Positions 11,599-20,775 of a stretch of DNA of 48,766 bases are shown one piece after another. The stretch's first letter is position 1; each line of letters begins with the position of its first letter. The position numbers and the translations under genes are program-made. This DNA comes from Promethearchaeati archaeon. Lineage in GTDB: Archaea > Asgardarchaeota > Heimdallarchaeia > Heimdallarchaeales > Heimdallarchaeaceae. Under the pieces are notes generated by a model, which worked only from the letters and a program-made list of their open reading frames with translations, made no database searches and was not told the DNA's origin. The stretch spans positions 1 through 48,766 of the forward strand of contig JABLTJ010000025.1 in assembly GCA_013166775.1 (NCBI GenBank), read 5' to 3'.

Positions 11599-12333
11599 CT
11601 AATTTTTACTAGGCATTAAGAGAATATGATCAATATTACTAGTCTCATCCTGGTCAATTATGAAACGAACAGCTTTAGCAACGTCCTCCACAGCTAACAT
11701 CTTGGATCTATCTACAGCCTTGCCATCAAACCATTGTGTGTTAACGGAACCAGGATTTATTGTTGCAGCTTTCACCCCTGTTCCTTTCAACTCATCCCTT
11801 AAACTCCAAACCATTGCTTGAACAGCATGTTTTGTTGCTGCATAGAGAGAACAACGCGCTCCAGTCTTCAATCCCAAGTCTGAAGATGTGACTATCACTT
11901 GACCACTGTTTTGACCTTTTAACAAAGGCAATGTTTTATTCAACCAAAGAAATACTCCTCGAACATTGGTATTGAACTGTTTATCATACTGCTCTATGGT
12001 TAAATCTTCTAGATTACCAAAATAACCTACACCTGCGTTTGCAAAAATAACATCAATTCCTCCAAGTTTAGATTTAACATCACTTAATAGAGTATCAACA
12101 TCCTCTTCATTTCCAACATCTCCAGTACCAAAATAGGCTTCACATCCTAGAGTTTCTAAACTGTCACAAACTTTCTTCAATCTCCCTTCATTTCTTCCTG
12201 TGAGATAAAAACGATGACCACTTTTTGCCATTTCTAGTGCTACAGCTTCTCCTATTCCGCTTGAACCACCAGTAATAACAATTCTTAAAGAATCTTGATT
12301 CTTTTGAGCATTCATGGTTTGAAGATTTAACAC
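11599..12333 (-). CDS. Short-chain dehydrogenase/reductase
   Basis: TGGSSGIG, NAG, YAATK, INPG. Confidence 0.93.
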   Translation of the reverse strand: MLNLQTMNAQKNQDSLRIVITGGSSGIGEAVALEMAKSGHRFYLTGRNEGRLKKVCDSLETLGCEAYFGTGDVGNEEDVDTLLSDVKSKLGGIDVIFANAGVGYFGNLEDLTIEQYDKQFNTNVRGVFLWLNKTLPLLKGQNSGQVIVTSSDLGLKTGARCSLYAATKHAVQAMVWSLRDELKGTGVKAATINPGSVNTQWFDGKAVDRSKMLAVEDVAKAVRFIIDQDETSNIDHILLMPSKN

Positions 12334-12352
12334 TACTTAATAATTTTTTAGA

Positions 12353-13957
12353 CTATTGTTTTTTGTATACAATTTCTCCCTCTACAATAGTCAGGTCTAC
12401 TGAAACATCAATAATTTGTTCTGTGGGAATAGTAAGAATATCCTCACTTAAAACAACCATATCAGCTAACTTACCAATTTCGATTGATCCTAACATATTC
12501 TCATCGAATGAATGGTAAGCTGCATAGATTGTATATAGCTTTAATGCTTCAATTACGGTTATCCTCTGACTCCTTCCAATTGGTTTTCCTAATTTAGTAG
12601 TTCTATTCACTAGTGCATGTATTGCCATGAGAGGATTAAAAGGTGCACAGGGGTGATCAGAATGAGCAGCTATTTTCACCCCAGCGTCCAAAAACGATCG
12701 AGCAGCAAACATTGACTCTAATCGTTTTTCTCCAAATGCTGGTATTAGTTTATCTCCATGATAATATGCATAAGGACCAAAGATTGAAGGGAGTAAATCT
12801 AAACTCTTAATTCGTTTCACTATTTGGTCATTAATTACTGTACAATGAATGTCCCTATTTCGAGGATCTGAACGAGGATATGTTGTTTGTAGCTCCTCCA
12901 TTATATCTAGAAACATTTCAATTGCTCTATCACCATTTGCATGAGCTGAGATTCTGTAACCTTTTTCGTATACATTGGTTAGAAGCTCACCTGCAATTTC
13001 CTTAGTTGTTGCCATTACTCCATAGAAGTCTGGTTTATTCAGATAAGGCTCAGATACTGCAGCAGTTCTTGCTGAAATTGCTCCATCAAAGAAAAACTTT
13101 ATTCCACAAATTCGAAGCCAATCATCTCCAAGACCTCTATATATTCCCAGTTTATCCAGCTCTTCAAAGAGTTCTATTGTTACATCCATTCTTACTCTTA
13201 TAGGCAGTTTCGTATCATTTTTTAGATCAATAGCTGCCCTAATTTCATTGTTTCCTACAAGATCATAGATACAGGTTAAACCAACAGATGCACATTCATT
13301 CAGAATCTGATAAGCACCTTCATATGCTTGTTCTCTTGATGATTCTGGAGAGCCTTCTGATCTTAGAACATTGTAAGCTTCCTCATGAAGACCACCAGTC
13401 AGTTCACCAGTTTTAGTATCTCTATCAAACTTTCCTCCTACAGGATCAGAAGTAGTTTTTGTAACACCAACGTTACTGAAAGCTTTAGAATTAGCAATCC
13501 AGAAGTGTCCACCAACTGTTGTTACTATAATAGGGTGATCAACTGAAGCTTCATCTAACTCCCATCTAGTAGGATGTCTTTTCTCCAAGAGTTTTGAGTC
13601 ATCTTCCTGATAACCAAAAATCCACTCCCCAGCTGGTGTCTCATTTGCCTTTTCTTTTAATTTGTGTTGAATGTCTGCGATTGAGGTTACTCCTGCTTCT
13701 TCACTTAAATCTATAAACAATTTTCTTGCGGATCCTTGTCGCATAAAATGACCATGGGAATCGATTAATCCTGGAATCATGGTTTTTCCCTCAAGATCAA
13801 TCACTTCTGTTTCATCTCCAATCAGATGATTCACATCTGAATTCTCCCCTATAGCAATTATTCTCCCAAATTTAACTGCTATTGCTTCGTTGATTGAATC
13901 TTTCGAATCCATTGAAATTATTTTACCATTTTTAATCACTAAATCTGCAAACATCAT
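12353..13957 (-). CDS. Amidohydrolase 3 family (YtcJ-like) metal-dependent hydrolase
   Basis: PGLIDSHGH, KFFFDG, HANGD, GSIEIGKLAD. Confidence 0.92.
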   Translation of the reverse strand: MMFADLVIKNGKIISMDSKDSINEAIAVKFGRIIAIGENSDVNHLIGDETEVIDLEGKTMIPGLIDSHGHFMRQGSARKLFIDLSEEAGVTSIADIQHKLKEKANETPAGEWIFGYQEDDSKLLEKRHPTRWELDEASVDHPIIVTTVGGHFWIANSKAFSNVGVTKTTSDPVGGKFDRDTKTGELTGGLHEEAYNVLRSEGSPESSREQAYEGAYQILNECASVGLTCIYDLVGNNEIRAAIDLKNDTKLPIRVRMDVTIELFEELDKLGIYRGLGDDWLRICGIKFFFDGAISARTAAVSEPYLNKPDFYGVMATTKEIAGELLTNVYEKGYRISAHANGDRAIEMFLDIMEELQTTYPRSDPRNRDIHCTVINDQIVKRIKSLDLLPSIFGPYAYYHGDKLIPAFGEKRLESMFAARSFLDAGVKIAAHSDHPCAPFNPLMAIHALVNRTTKLGKPIGRSQRITVIEALKLYTIYAAYHSFDENMLGSIEIGKLADMVVLSEDILTIPTEQIIDVSVDLTIVEGEIVYKKQ

Positions 13958-14163
13958 TAAATCACTTTATGGCTACCAATAGTTCAATCTTACTAAGAAT
14001 TACATCGTAGTTCTTTATTAAATTTACAACTCAATTATATGTTTTTGATTGTATAAAGACACAAAAAACAGTAAGAAATCTTCATGCACTGTAACCTTAT
14101 TTTCTGATTTTTCTCTGCTTTAAATAATAAAATCTTTCCATCTTTTTGAAGTGGTGAATAGCT

Positions 14164-14298
14164 ATGGATAAGAAAGAATATGCTTCTTGGGATAATGAGA
14201 AAATTGCTTCTAATGATGATGAGATTTTTTACGAAGAACTCTGGGAAGTTGGAATCCTTATTCTTACTAGTAACTTTGAAAAAACAAAAATCAGATAA
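14164..14298 (+). CDS. Possible 44-aa small protein (not in the supplied ORF track)
   Basis: ATG..TAA encoding MDKKEYASWDNEKIASNDDEIFYEELWEVGILILTSNFEKTKIR, preceded by a GGTGA SD-like sequence. Confidence 0.35.
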   Translation: MDKKEYASWDNEKIASNDDEIFYEELWEVGILILTSNFEKTKIR

Positions 14299-14318
14299 TG
14301 TTCTTCAGTAAAAAAATA

Positions 14319-14350
14319 TAAGCTGAAAAGCTTATGATTATTTCAGCTTA
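14319..14350. terminator. Inverted repeat between convergent ORFs
   Basis: TAAGCTGAAA-N12-TTTCAGCTTA, perfect 10-bp arms. Confidence 0.4.
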
Positions 14351-14364
14351 AGTTTGATGCAAAT

Positions 14365-14838
14365 TTATGATTGAGCTTCTAATCTTCTAGCAAATATCAG
14401 AAGTAGGATTGTAATAATTCCTCCTAAAAGCCCTGTGTAGAAGGTTGTTCCAAAACCCCAATCAGTTCCTTCACTAGCTAAAATGCCAAATATTATTGCA
14501 GTCATTATTGTTAAAATCACAACTGCTATAGTTGCATAAAAAGCTCCTTTTTCTAAGTTTTCCTCTAGTTCACTATCAATCTTAAGGAAAGGATATAATT
14601 TTTGAAGTGAAACAAAAGCTACAAAGAGATAAAATAATCCCAATACTACTAATATTATTTTACCATACCATGGAGTATATTCTCCATAGAGAGCAAAATC
14701 ATACCCCCAGGAGTAACCTTCATACCACCATCCAAATTCAGTAGCTAAGAAAAGAATACCGCCTACAAGGCTAATCAAAAAAGCTCCTAAGTATAAAACT
14801 GGTTTGGTATAAACAGGGGTTTTTTCTGTTGAATTCAT
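14365..14838 (-). CDS. Four-TM membrane protein
   Basis: Four hydrophobic helices; aromatic-rich first loop. Confidence 0.75.
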   Translation of the reverse strand: MNSTEKTPVYTKPVLYLGAFLISLVGGILFLATEFGWWYEGYSWGYDFALYGEYTPWYGKIILVVLGLFYLFVAFVSLQKLYPFLKIDSELEENLEKGAFYATIAVVILTIMTAIIFGILASEGTDWGFGTTFYTGLLGGIITILLLIFARRLEAQS

Positions 14839-14899
14839 GAAATAAATTTCTGCAACTTATTTAAAAGAATTATTAAGGAACAAAAATAAATGGGATTTG

Positions 14900-14918
14900 A
14901 AACGAAAGTTTTATTAAA
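14900..14918 (+). promoter_or_regulatory. BRE-TATA promoter of tRNA-Lys(CUU)
   Basis: AAACGAAAGTTTTATTAAA, identical to 30835..30853. Confidence 0.75.
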
Positions 14919-14941
14919 AATGTGAGGGGACAGATTTCAAA

Positions 14942-15045
14942 GGGCCTGTGGCTCAGTTAGGTAGAGCAGCGGACTCTTAAACGAGAAAGAAATTTCTCTT
15001 AGAGTTATCCGTCGGTCGCCGGTTCAAATCCGGCCAGGCTCGCCA
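14942..15045 (+). tRNA. tRNA-Lys(CUU) with 27-nt intron (14980..15006) at position 37/38; CCA encoded
   Basis: Acceptor GGGCCTG/CAGGCTC, anticodon CTT at 14976-14978, BHB helix CTCT/AGAG, T-arm GCCGG-TTCAAAT-CCGGC. Confidence 0.95.
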
Positions 15046-15046
15046 C

Positions 15047-16018
15047 CTACGATAAACTTGATCTGACCTCTTGTTCTAAAATCATCATTTGCGCGTATTC
15101 TCTCTCCCACTCTTTAATCAGATGCTTCTCCCATGTATCTGTATCAATGATTAATTTTATCATATCTTCGAACTGTTTTCTCTCTTCAAAAACTTGGAAG
15201 GCTTCATCTATCTCCATATCATCTTTTCTAAGCCAATCGTTGCACAAATTAGCGATAAATTCAGCAAACCTTTTGTAAGTTGTTTTGTGTTCTTTGTTCT
15301 GAGTAATTATTACAGCAAAAGCTTTCTGAATTCTCTTAACATAAATTATCAGGTTCTCACTTTCTAGTTTTGTCAACTCACCTAACCCAATTGATTTCCC
15401 TAAATCTAAAATTGCAGCCATAAAAGCTGTGAAAAGTGTAGCATCATAAGGAAGTGTAAGGGTCAACATTAAGAATACAGGCTGTCCTGTATCTATTGTT
15501 ATCAATAAATCTACATCACTAATTACAAGTGGTTTATCAATGAAATCTTCTTCAACTGTTACGCTTTTTGTGCCCTTCTCTATAAGAGTTCTCTTATTTA
15601 TAATTAAATTCAGATTACGCATAAAATGATATATTCTTTCTTTTTCGTTTTCAAGAAATTCCTCATCTTCGATCCATGCATGGGCTTCTTGTAAAACTTG
15701 TAGTGGTTGAAAATTATCTCGAAAATTATTTTTTACTCTTTCAGTTAAATTTTCATATTTTCCTTTTTCTTTTACAATTGTTAGGATATATTCTCCTTTT
15801 GCTTCGCATACTATTTCATTATCTCCAAATTCAATTGATTGTGGAGATTTTTCACCGAATTCACTTATTATAGATGTTACAGCTGTAATATAACTTACAA
15901 CCTCAACATTCTTATCTTCGGAACCCCATTTTTCATCATAGATTCTATAGTATCTACATGAGCCATTTGTCTTTAGAACCAATATAGCTTTAATCAACGA
16001 GGTTTCACTTCTGCCCAT
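15047..16018 (-). CDS. Tandem longin-like domain protein
   Basis: Two longin-type repeats: IKAILVLKTNG..VSYITAVTSIISEFG..IEFG and LLITIDTGQPVF..LFTAFMAAILDLGKSIGLGEL. Confidence 0.65.
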   Translation of the reverse strand: MGRSETSLIKAILVLKTNGSCRYYRIYDEKWGSEDKNVEVVSYITAVTSIISEFGEKSPQSIEFGDNEIVCEAKGEYILTIVKEKGKYENLTERVKNNFRDNFQPLQVLQEAHAWIEDEEFLENEKERIYHFMRNLNLIINKRTLIEKGTKSVTVEEDFIDKPLVISDVDLLITIDTGQPVFLMLTLTLPYDATLFTAFMAAILDLGKSIGLGELTKLESENLIIYVKRIQKAFAVIITQNKEHKTTYKRFAEFIANLCNDWLRKDDMEIDEAFQVFEERKQFEDMIKLIIDTDTWEKHLIKEWEREYAQMMILEQEVRSSLS

Positions 16019-16087
16019 TTTATTTTAAGAACTTAACTTCAATACGGAAAAAGAAGTCTTAAAAGGTTTCTTTCGGGGAAACTCATA

Positions 16088-17164
16088 ATGCACATAGAAT
16101 CTATAGGGATTAGAATAAGCTATTCGAATGCTGAACATCTGCGAAAATGGCTTAGTTCACATAATGCTATTAATCAATCCTTATCTTTCACTAAGGAAGA
16201 GAACAGTTTGATAATGCCGCTAATTCTTTCAGAGGAAGAAGCTAGTAATTTACTTTTGACTTACAGCGAAGATGTGTACTTTTTAATTAGGGTTTTCCAA
16301 TTCGAAGAAAAGGATTTCCATCCGAAAAATCTCTTTGAAGCTGTGGAAAAAGCCATCCCCATTAATCAACATAAGTACATCCCAAAAGCATATGATATGA
16401 TAGGAGACATAGTGGTTGTTGACATACCAGAAGAAATCTCAGACTATAATAATGCTATAGGGGATTCATTGTGTGATTTGTTCCCTTCGATAAATTCCGT
16501 TTACCGAAAAGCTTCTTCAGTTTCAGGAAAATTTAGAATAAGAGAATTAGAGTTAATAGCTGGAGAAGAAAAATGTGAGACTGTTCACTTAGAATATGGT
16601 ATAAGAATTTCAGTTAATGTATGTGAGACTTACTTCAGTCCAAGATTAGGAGATGAACACAAGAAAGTAGCTGATTCAGTCAAACAGAATGAATGTATAA
16701 TAGATCTCTTTACAGGAGTGGGTTCATTTCCTCTGCATATAGCTAAAAATCATGATTCTATAGTATATGCAATAGATATTAATAAAAATGCAATAGAATG
16801 TTTGGAAAAATCAATTTCGATGAATAAACTCAAAGGAACTATTCACCCTATACATAGTGACTGCAGAGAAGCAGTAAAATCTATCCCTAAAGCTAACAGA
16901 GTTATAATGAACCTTCCAGGCAAATCACTGGAATTTGTAGATGTTGCATGTGATGTTCTGAAACCTAATGGAATTTTATATTTCTACCATTTCACTTCAG
17001 AAAAAAGTCCGAAAAAAGAAATAATTAAAGAACTCAACAAGGAATTAACAAAATCTGGATGGAAAATTAAAGAAACCATAGATTATAGAAAAGTTAGAGA
17101 TAGTGCTCCCCGTGAGATTCAAGCTTGTTTAGAGGTTACTGCTGTTCCATTATCTGAATCGTGA
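16088..17164 (+). CDS. trm5: tRNA (guanine37-N1)-methyltransferase, Trm5 family
   Basis: YDMIGDI, FRIRELELIAG, YFSPRL, DLFTGVGSF, DIN, IMNLP. Confidence 0.9.
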   Translation: MHIESIGIRISYSNAEHLRKWLSSHNAINQSLSFTKEENSLIMPLILSEEEASNLLLTYSEDVYFLIRVFQFEEKDFHPKNLFEAVEKAIPINQHKYIPKAYDMIGDIVVVDIPEEISDYNNAIGDSLCDLFPSINSVYRKASSVSGKFRIRELELIAGEEKCETVHLEYGIRISVNVCETYFSPRLGDEHKKVADSVKQNECIIDLFTGVGSFPLHIAKNHDSIVYAIDINKNAIECLEKSISMNKLKGTIHPIHSDCREAVKSIPKANRVIMNLPGKSLEFVDVACDVLKPNGILYFYHFTSEKSPKKEIIKELNKELTKSGWKIKETIDYRKVRDSAPREIQACLEVTAVPLSES

Positions 17165-17579
17165 TTTTCATTTTACTACTAGGATTTTTCATGATTTTAA
17201 TTATTCTATCATTAATATCATTTGCAGCTTTATCAGATTTAATCATCAATGTTCGAGAACAGATGAAATCACTTTTTCTTATGATAATAGCGTGTTCATC
17301 AGATAGTTCTAGCCTTGAATCTCCACAACCTTCAATAGTATCAGAGTATCTTCCCACGTGTAAATGTACCAATATTCTTGCTGCTGGACTCTTTATTCTT
17401 TCCTTTAATTCTGAAGGAAAACTAATCAGATTGCAAGAGGAACTGACGCCTAAGATGCAATCACCCCTTGGAGTAAGACTTTCATCTTTTGTGAATTCCA
17501 AGGTTGTTTTATGAGTTGCGCGTATATTCGGATGACCGTTACAGTAAAAAACAAAACTATCCATTTTATCATCCTTCAA
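17136..17579 (-). CDS. DUF371-family conserved archaeal protein
   Basis: GHPNIRATHKTTLEFTKD, LTPRGDCILGV, IIRKSDF..RT. Confidence 0.88.
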   Translation of the reverse strand: MKDDKMDSFVFYCNGHPNIRATHKTTLEFTKDESLTPRGDCILGVSSSCNLISFPSELKERIKSPAARILVHLHVGRYSDTIEGCGDSRLELSDEHAIIIRKSDFICSRTLMIKSDKAANDINDRIIKIMKNPSSKMKITIQIMEQQ

Positions 17580-17673
17580 ATTAACTATTTTAACTATGTT
17601 TCGTAGTAAAGTATATAGTCTCTTTCCTATATTCTTAAAAATAGTTGTAAATCATTAAGTATAGGTTGTTTCA

Positions 17674-18888
17674 ATGTCACTAGAAAAAAACCTAGATGAA
17701 ACACTAGAGTGGTTTAAAGAAAAGATATCATCGAATGTCTCTAGTTATAGAAACAATGCGATGAAGCAAATTAGAGCAATAAGTGATAGAATCGAAGAAG
17801 TTAAGACGGCAGCTCATCGATTTGATTACTCGGATTTAAAGGATCCTGATGTTTACCAGAATTATGCAACAACCATTTATGATAAAACATTAGAAGTTTT
17901 TGAACAAATTCAAGCTCCAGAAATTATTACATATAATAATCTAGATAATTTTGCTAGAGATACAAACAATAAAATCAATACATACATGAATATTCTATCT
18001 AAATATCTATCTTGGTTAAAGAGAGATCGTTCTTACAAAACCAAAGTTAAGACTCTTGATAGAGCTCTAACCAGACTAAAAGAAGAGCTTCACATTTTTG
18101 AAAATAAAACTATGCTCTCCTACTCTGAAATTATAAATTTTGAAAAAGTTTGTGATGATATAACCTCTTTAATAGGATTAGTAGATAGGATCCAGTTCCT
18201 AGAAAAGGAGATTGAATCTCACAAAGATGATATCGAAAAACTTACACAAACAATCGAAAAGAACGAGAAAGATCTAATTGAACTAAAAAATCATCCTGGT
18301 TTTCAACAATTGGAGAAAAACAAGAAGGAACTAGAACATATCGAAATTTCCATTTCTAATAAAGTATCAGAGATTAAAAAATTAAGCAGTAAAGTTCTAA
18401 GAGCAGCAGATTCCAGAAAAATTGAACTCAATGAGTATGATAAAGAGTTGATGAAGAATTTAACAAAAGATCCACTTGGAGTATTCGTGAAGGAAAATGA
18501 AGGTTATAGAGGAGTTAAAGCAATGCTCAATACCTTAAAAGAAATTAGTAAAGAACCCGCAATTCAGATGAAAAAAGAAAAACTGCAAAGAGCTTACGAG
18601 AATATTGATGAGATACTAAATGATGAAATCTTGGAAATACAGATTAGAGCCCAATTTTTAGTTCAGCAAAGTGAGGCAATTAATGATAAATTCAAAGAAA
18701 TGCAATTAGATATCAAAATCAAAAAGCTTGAAGATGAAATAGACAATTTAAAAATAGATAGGAATCGTATAACCCTCCCACTTAGGAGAGAAAAAGAAGA
18801 AAAGGGTAAAGAAATAGATACAATATCAAAATCAGTAGAAGAAAGAATCGAGGAATTTACGAGTAAAGTTGTGAAACTAATTCTATAA
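17674..18888 (+). CDS. Long helical/coiled-coil protein of unknown function
   Basis: 404 aa, E/K-rich heptad pattern, no enzymatic motif. Confidence 0.7.
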   Translation: MSLEKNLDETLEWFKEKISSNVSSYRNNAMKQIRAISDRIEEVKTAAHRFDYSDLKDPDVYQNYATTIYDKTLEVFEQIQAPEIITYNNLDNFARDTNNKINTYMNILSKYLSWLKRDRSYKTKVKTLDRALTRLKEELHIFENKTMLSYSEIINFEKVCDDITSLIGLVDRIQFLEKEIESHKDDIEKLTQTIEKNEKDLIELKNHPGFQQLEKNKKELEHIEISISNKVSEIKKLSSKVLRAADSRKIELNEYDKELMKNLTKDPLGVFVKENEGYRGVKAMLNTLKEISKEPAIQMKKEKLQRAYENIDEILNDEILEIQIRAQFLVQQSEAINDKFKEMQLDIKIKKLEDEIDNLKIDRNRITLPLRREKEEKGKEIDTISKSVEERIEEFTSKVVKLIL

Positions 18889-18945
18889 AATCCGAATTTT
18901 CTCACTAAAACAAATCTTAAATTTCGTTTTATAGATGTTTTTAAT

Positions 18946-20148
18946 ATGGAACAGATAAAGAAATGGATAGCTACTGAAGAGGAAATTGCTGAGGGAAAAA
19001 CTACTGATGTTTATTTTGTTCGAACCAAACAATGTTTAGACAAAGATAATCTGAGTGACACAAAAGTTTGGACTGAAGTAACCACAGGAGGGATACCTAG
19101 GGAAGGGAAACAATTTCTATTCCTGGGTTTATATGATGTATTAAATTTATTCTCAAAAGCAAACTTGGATGTAAATGTTTATTCGATAAAGGAAGGAACC
19201 ATTCTTCCTAATAATGACGTCAACGGTGTTAGAATACCTTTCTTAATAGTCGAAGGCATGTATGGTGATTTCGCTATATATGAAACACCAATGCTCGGTT
19301 ATTTATGCTTTCAATCTGGAGTAGGTACAGCAGCTACACGACTAAGAATAGCAGCTCAAGATAAAACCTTGCTCTCATTTGGAATTAGAAGAATGCCTCC
19401 AGAAATAGCACCTACTATTGATAGAGCTTGTTATATTGCAGGATTTGATGGTATATCTTGCGTATTAAGTGCAGATAAACTAGGTATTCCTGCAACAGGA
19501 ACAGTCCCACACGCTTTAATTATGATAGAAGGTGGGATAACACAAGCAGTTCAATCATTTGATAGACACATTGATAGCGATATCTCAAGAGTTGCGCTTG
19601 CTGATACATTTAATGATGAAAGAGTTGAGGTTCTTCAAGCACTGGAAGCTTTAGGGGATAAACTCTCGGGGATTCGATTGGATACACCTAGTTCAAGAAA
19701 AGGAAGTTTTAAAGACATTGTTCAAGAGATAAAATGGGAACTAAAACTAAGAGGAAGAGAAGATATTAAGATTTTTCTAAGTGGTGGCTTAACAGAAGAT
19801 ACTGTTAAAGAATATCGAAGCTTTGCAGATGGTTTTGGTGTTGGTACCTTTGTTTCAAACAGTCCAACAGTAGATTTTGCATTCGATATTGTTGAAATTG
19901 AAGGAAAATCCATTGCAAAAAGAGGAAAATTCGCTGGCAAAAAACAAGTTGGTTTTTGTAATCAATGTCAAATTTATCTTTGTGAAGAATTTCATAAATC
20001 AGCCATTAAATGCCCTTCTTGTGCAAAACCCATGGATAAAATGATCGATCTAGTAATGGAGAGAGGTAAAATTCTAAATGCGATTCCTACTGAACTTGAA
20101 CTTAGAGATTATGTAAAAAAACAGTTAAATGGAAAATTGGAGATTTAA
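18946..20148 (+). CDS. pncB: Nicotinate phosphoribosyltransferase
   Basis: TDVYF, SFGIRR, GTVPH, IRLDTP, SGG, GFGVGT; C-terminal CxxC..CxxC. Confidence 0.92.
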   Translation: MEQIKKWIATEEEIAEGKTTDVYFVRTKQCLDKDNLSDTKVWTEVTTGGIPREGKQFLFLGLYDVLNLFSKANLDVNVYSIKEGTILPNNDVNGVRIPFLIVEGMYGDFAIYETPMLGYLCFQSGVGTAATRLRIAAQDKTLLSFGIRRMPPEIAPTIDRACYIAGFDGISCVLSADKLGIPATGTVPHALIMIEGGITQAVQSFDRHIDSDISRVALADTFNDERVEVLQALEALGDKLSGIRLDTPSSRKGSFKDIVQEIKWELKLRGREDIKIFLSGGLTEDTVKEYRSFADGFGVGTFVSNSPTVDFAFDIVEIEGKSIAKRGKFAGKKQVGFCNQCQIYLCEEFHKSAIKCPSCAKPMDKMIDLVMERGKILNAIPTELELRDYVKKQLNGKLEI

Positions 20149-20249
20149 CTCCTTCCTTCTATTTTGCCCAACCAAATAAATTTAAAAGTGATGTTGAGAA
20201 AAATGTACCAGCAATAGCTGGATTTATAAGTAAAATTCAGCATTCAACA

Positions 20250-20654
20250 ATGCGGGTTATCCACATGGCATTTGGCATAACTTTTGAGAATAAAACAGCG
20301 GAATTAAAATCCACGTTAAGTGATTTAAAGATAAAAGTACCAGAGATAGAAAGTGCAGCGATTGTTTCAATCGAAGGATTACCTATAGCATCTGTTCTAC
20401 CTCAAGAAATCGAAGAGGCAAGGTTAGCAGCGATGACTGCAGCGATGCTTTCATTGGGAGAGAGAGTAGCTCAAGAAATGCAAAGGGGAGAGTTAGAGAA
20501 GATTTTCATTGAGGGGGCATATGGATATATTATAACGATTGCTGCAGGACAAAATGCCGTATTGACAGTTTCTGCGAGGAAAGAAGCAAAACTGGGTCTA
20601 GTCTTTCTAGATATGGCAAGAGCTGGACAGGAAGTCGAAAGGCAGCTGAGTTAA
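20250..20654 (+). CDS. Roadblock/LC7 (MglB-like) protein (likely start ATG at 20265)
   Basis: SAAIVSIEGLPIAS, AAMTAAMLSLGER, AKLGLVFLDM. Confidence 0.92.
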   Translation: MRVIHMAFGITFENKTAELKSTLSDLKIKVPEIESAAIVSIEGLPIASVLPQEIEEARLAAMTAAMLSLGERVAQEMQRGELEKIFIEGAYGYIITIAAGQNAVLTVSARKEAKLGLVFLDMARAGQEVERQLS

Positions 20655-20775
20655 CTATATCTTCCTCTAATTATTTTTATTTTGCTTTTACAAATTCTAG
20701 TTATTCCATAATTTTTGTTCTCTTAATACGAAAAATCTTTAAAATCCGATACTTCTTCAACACTTGTGCTAATGT

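Noticed and set aside
11599-15045. tRNA-Lys genes as integration sites of islands (also 29540..30956)
   Set aside because: No integrase and no duplicated tRNA end (att) found by eye; the accessory-looking neighbours alone are insufficient
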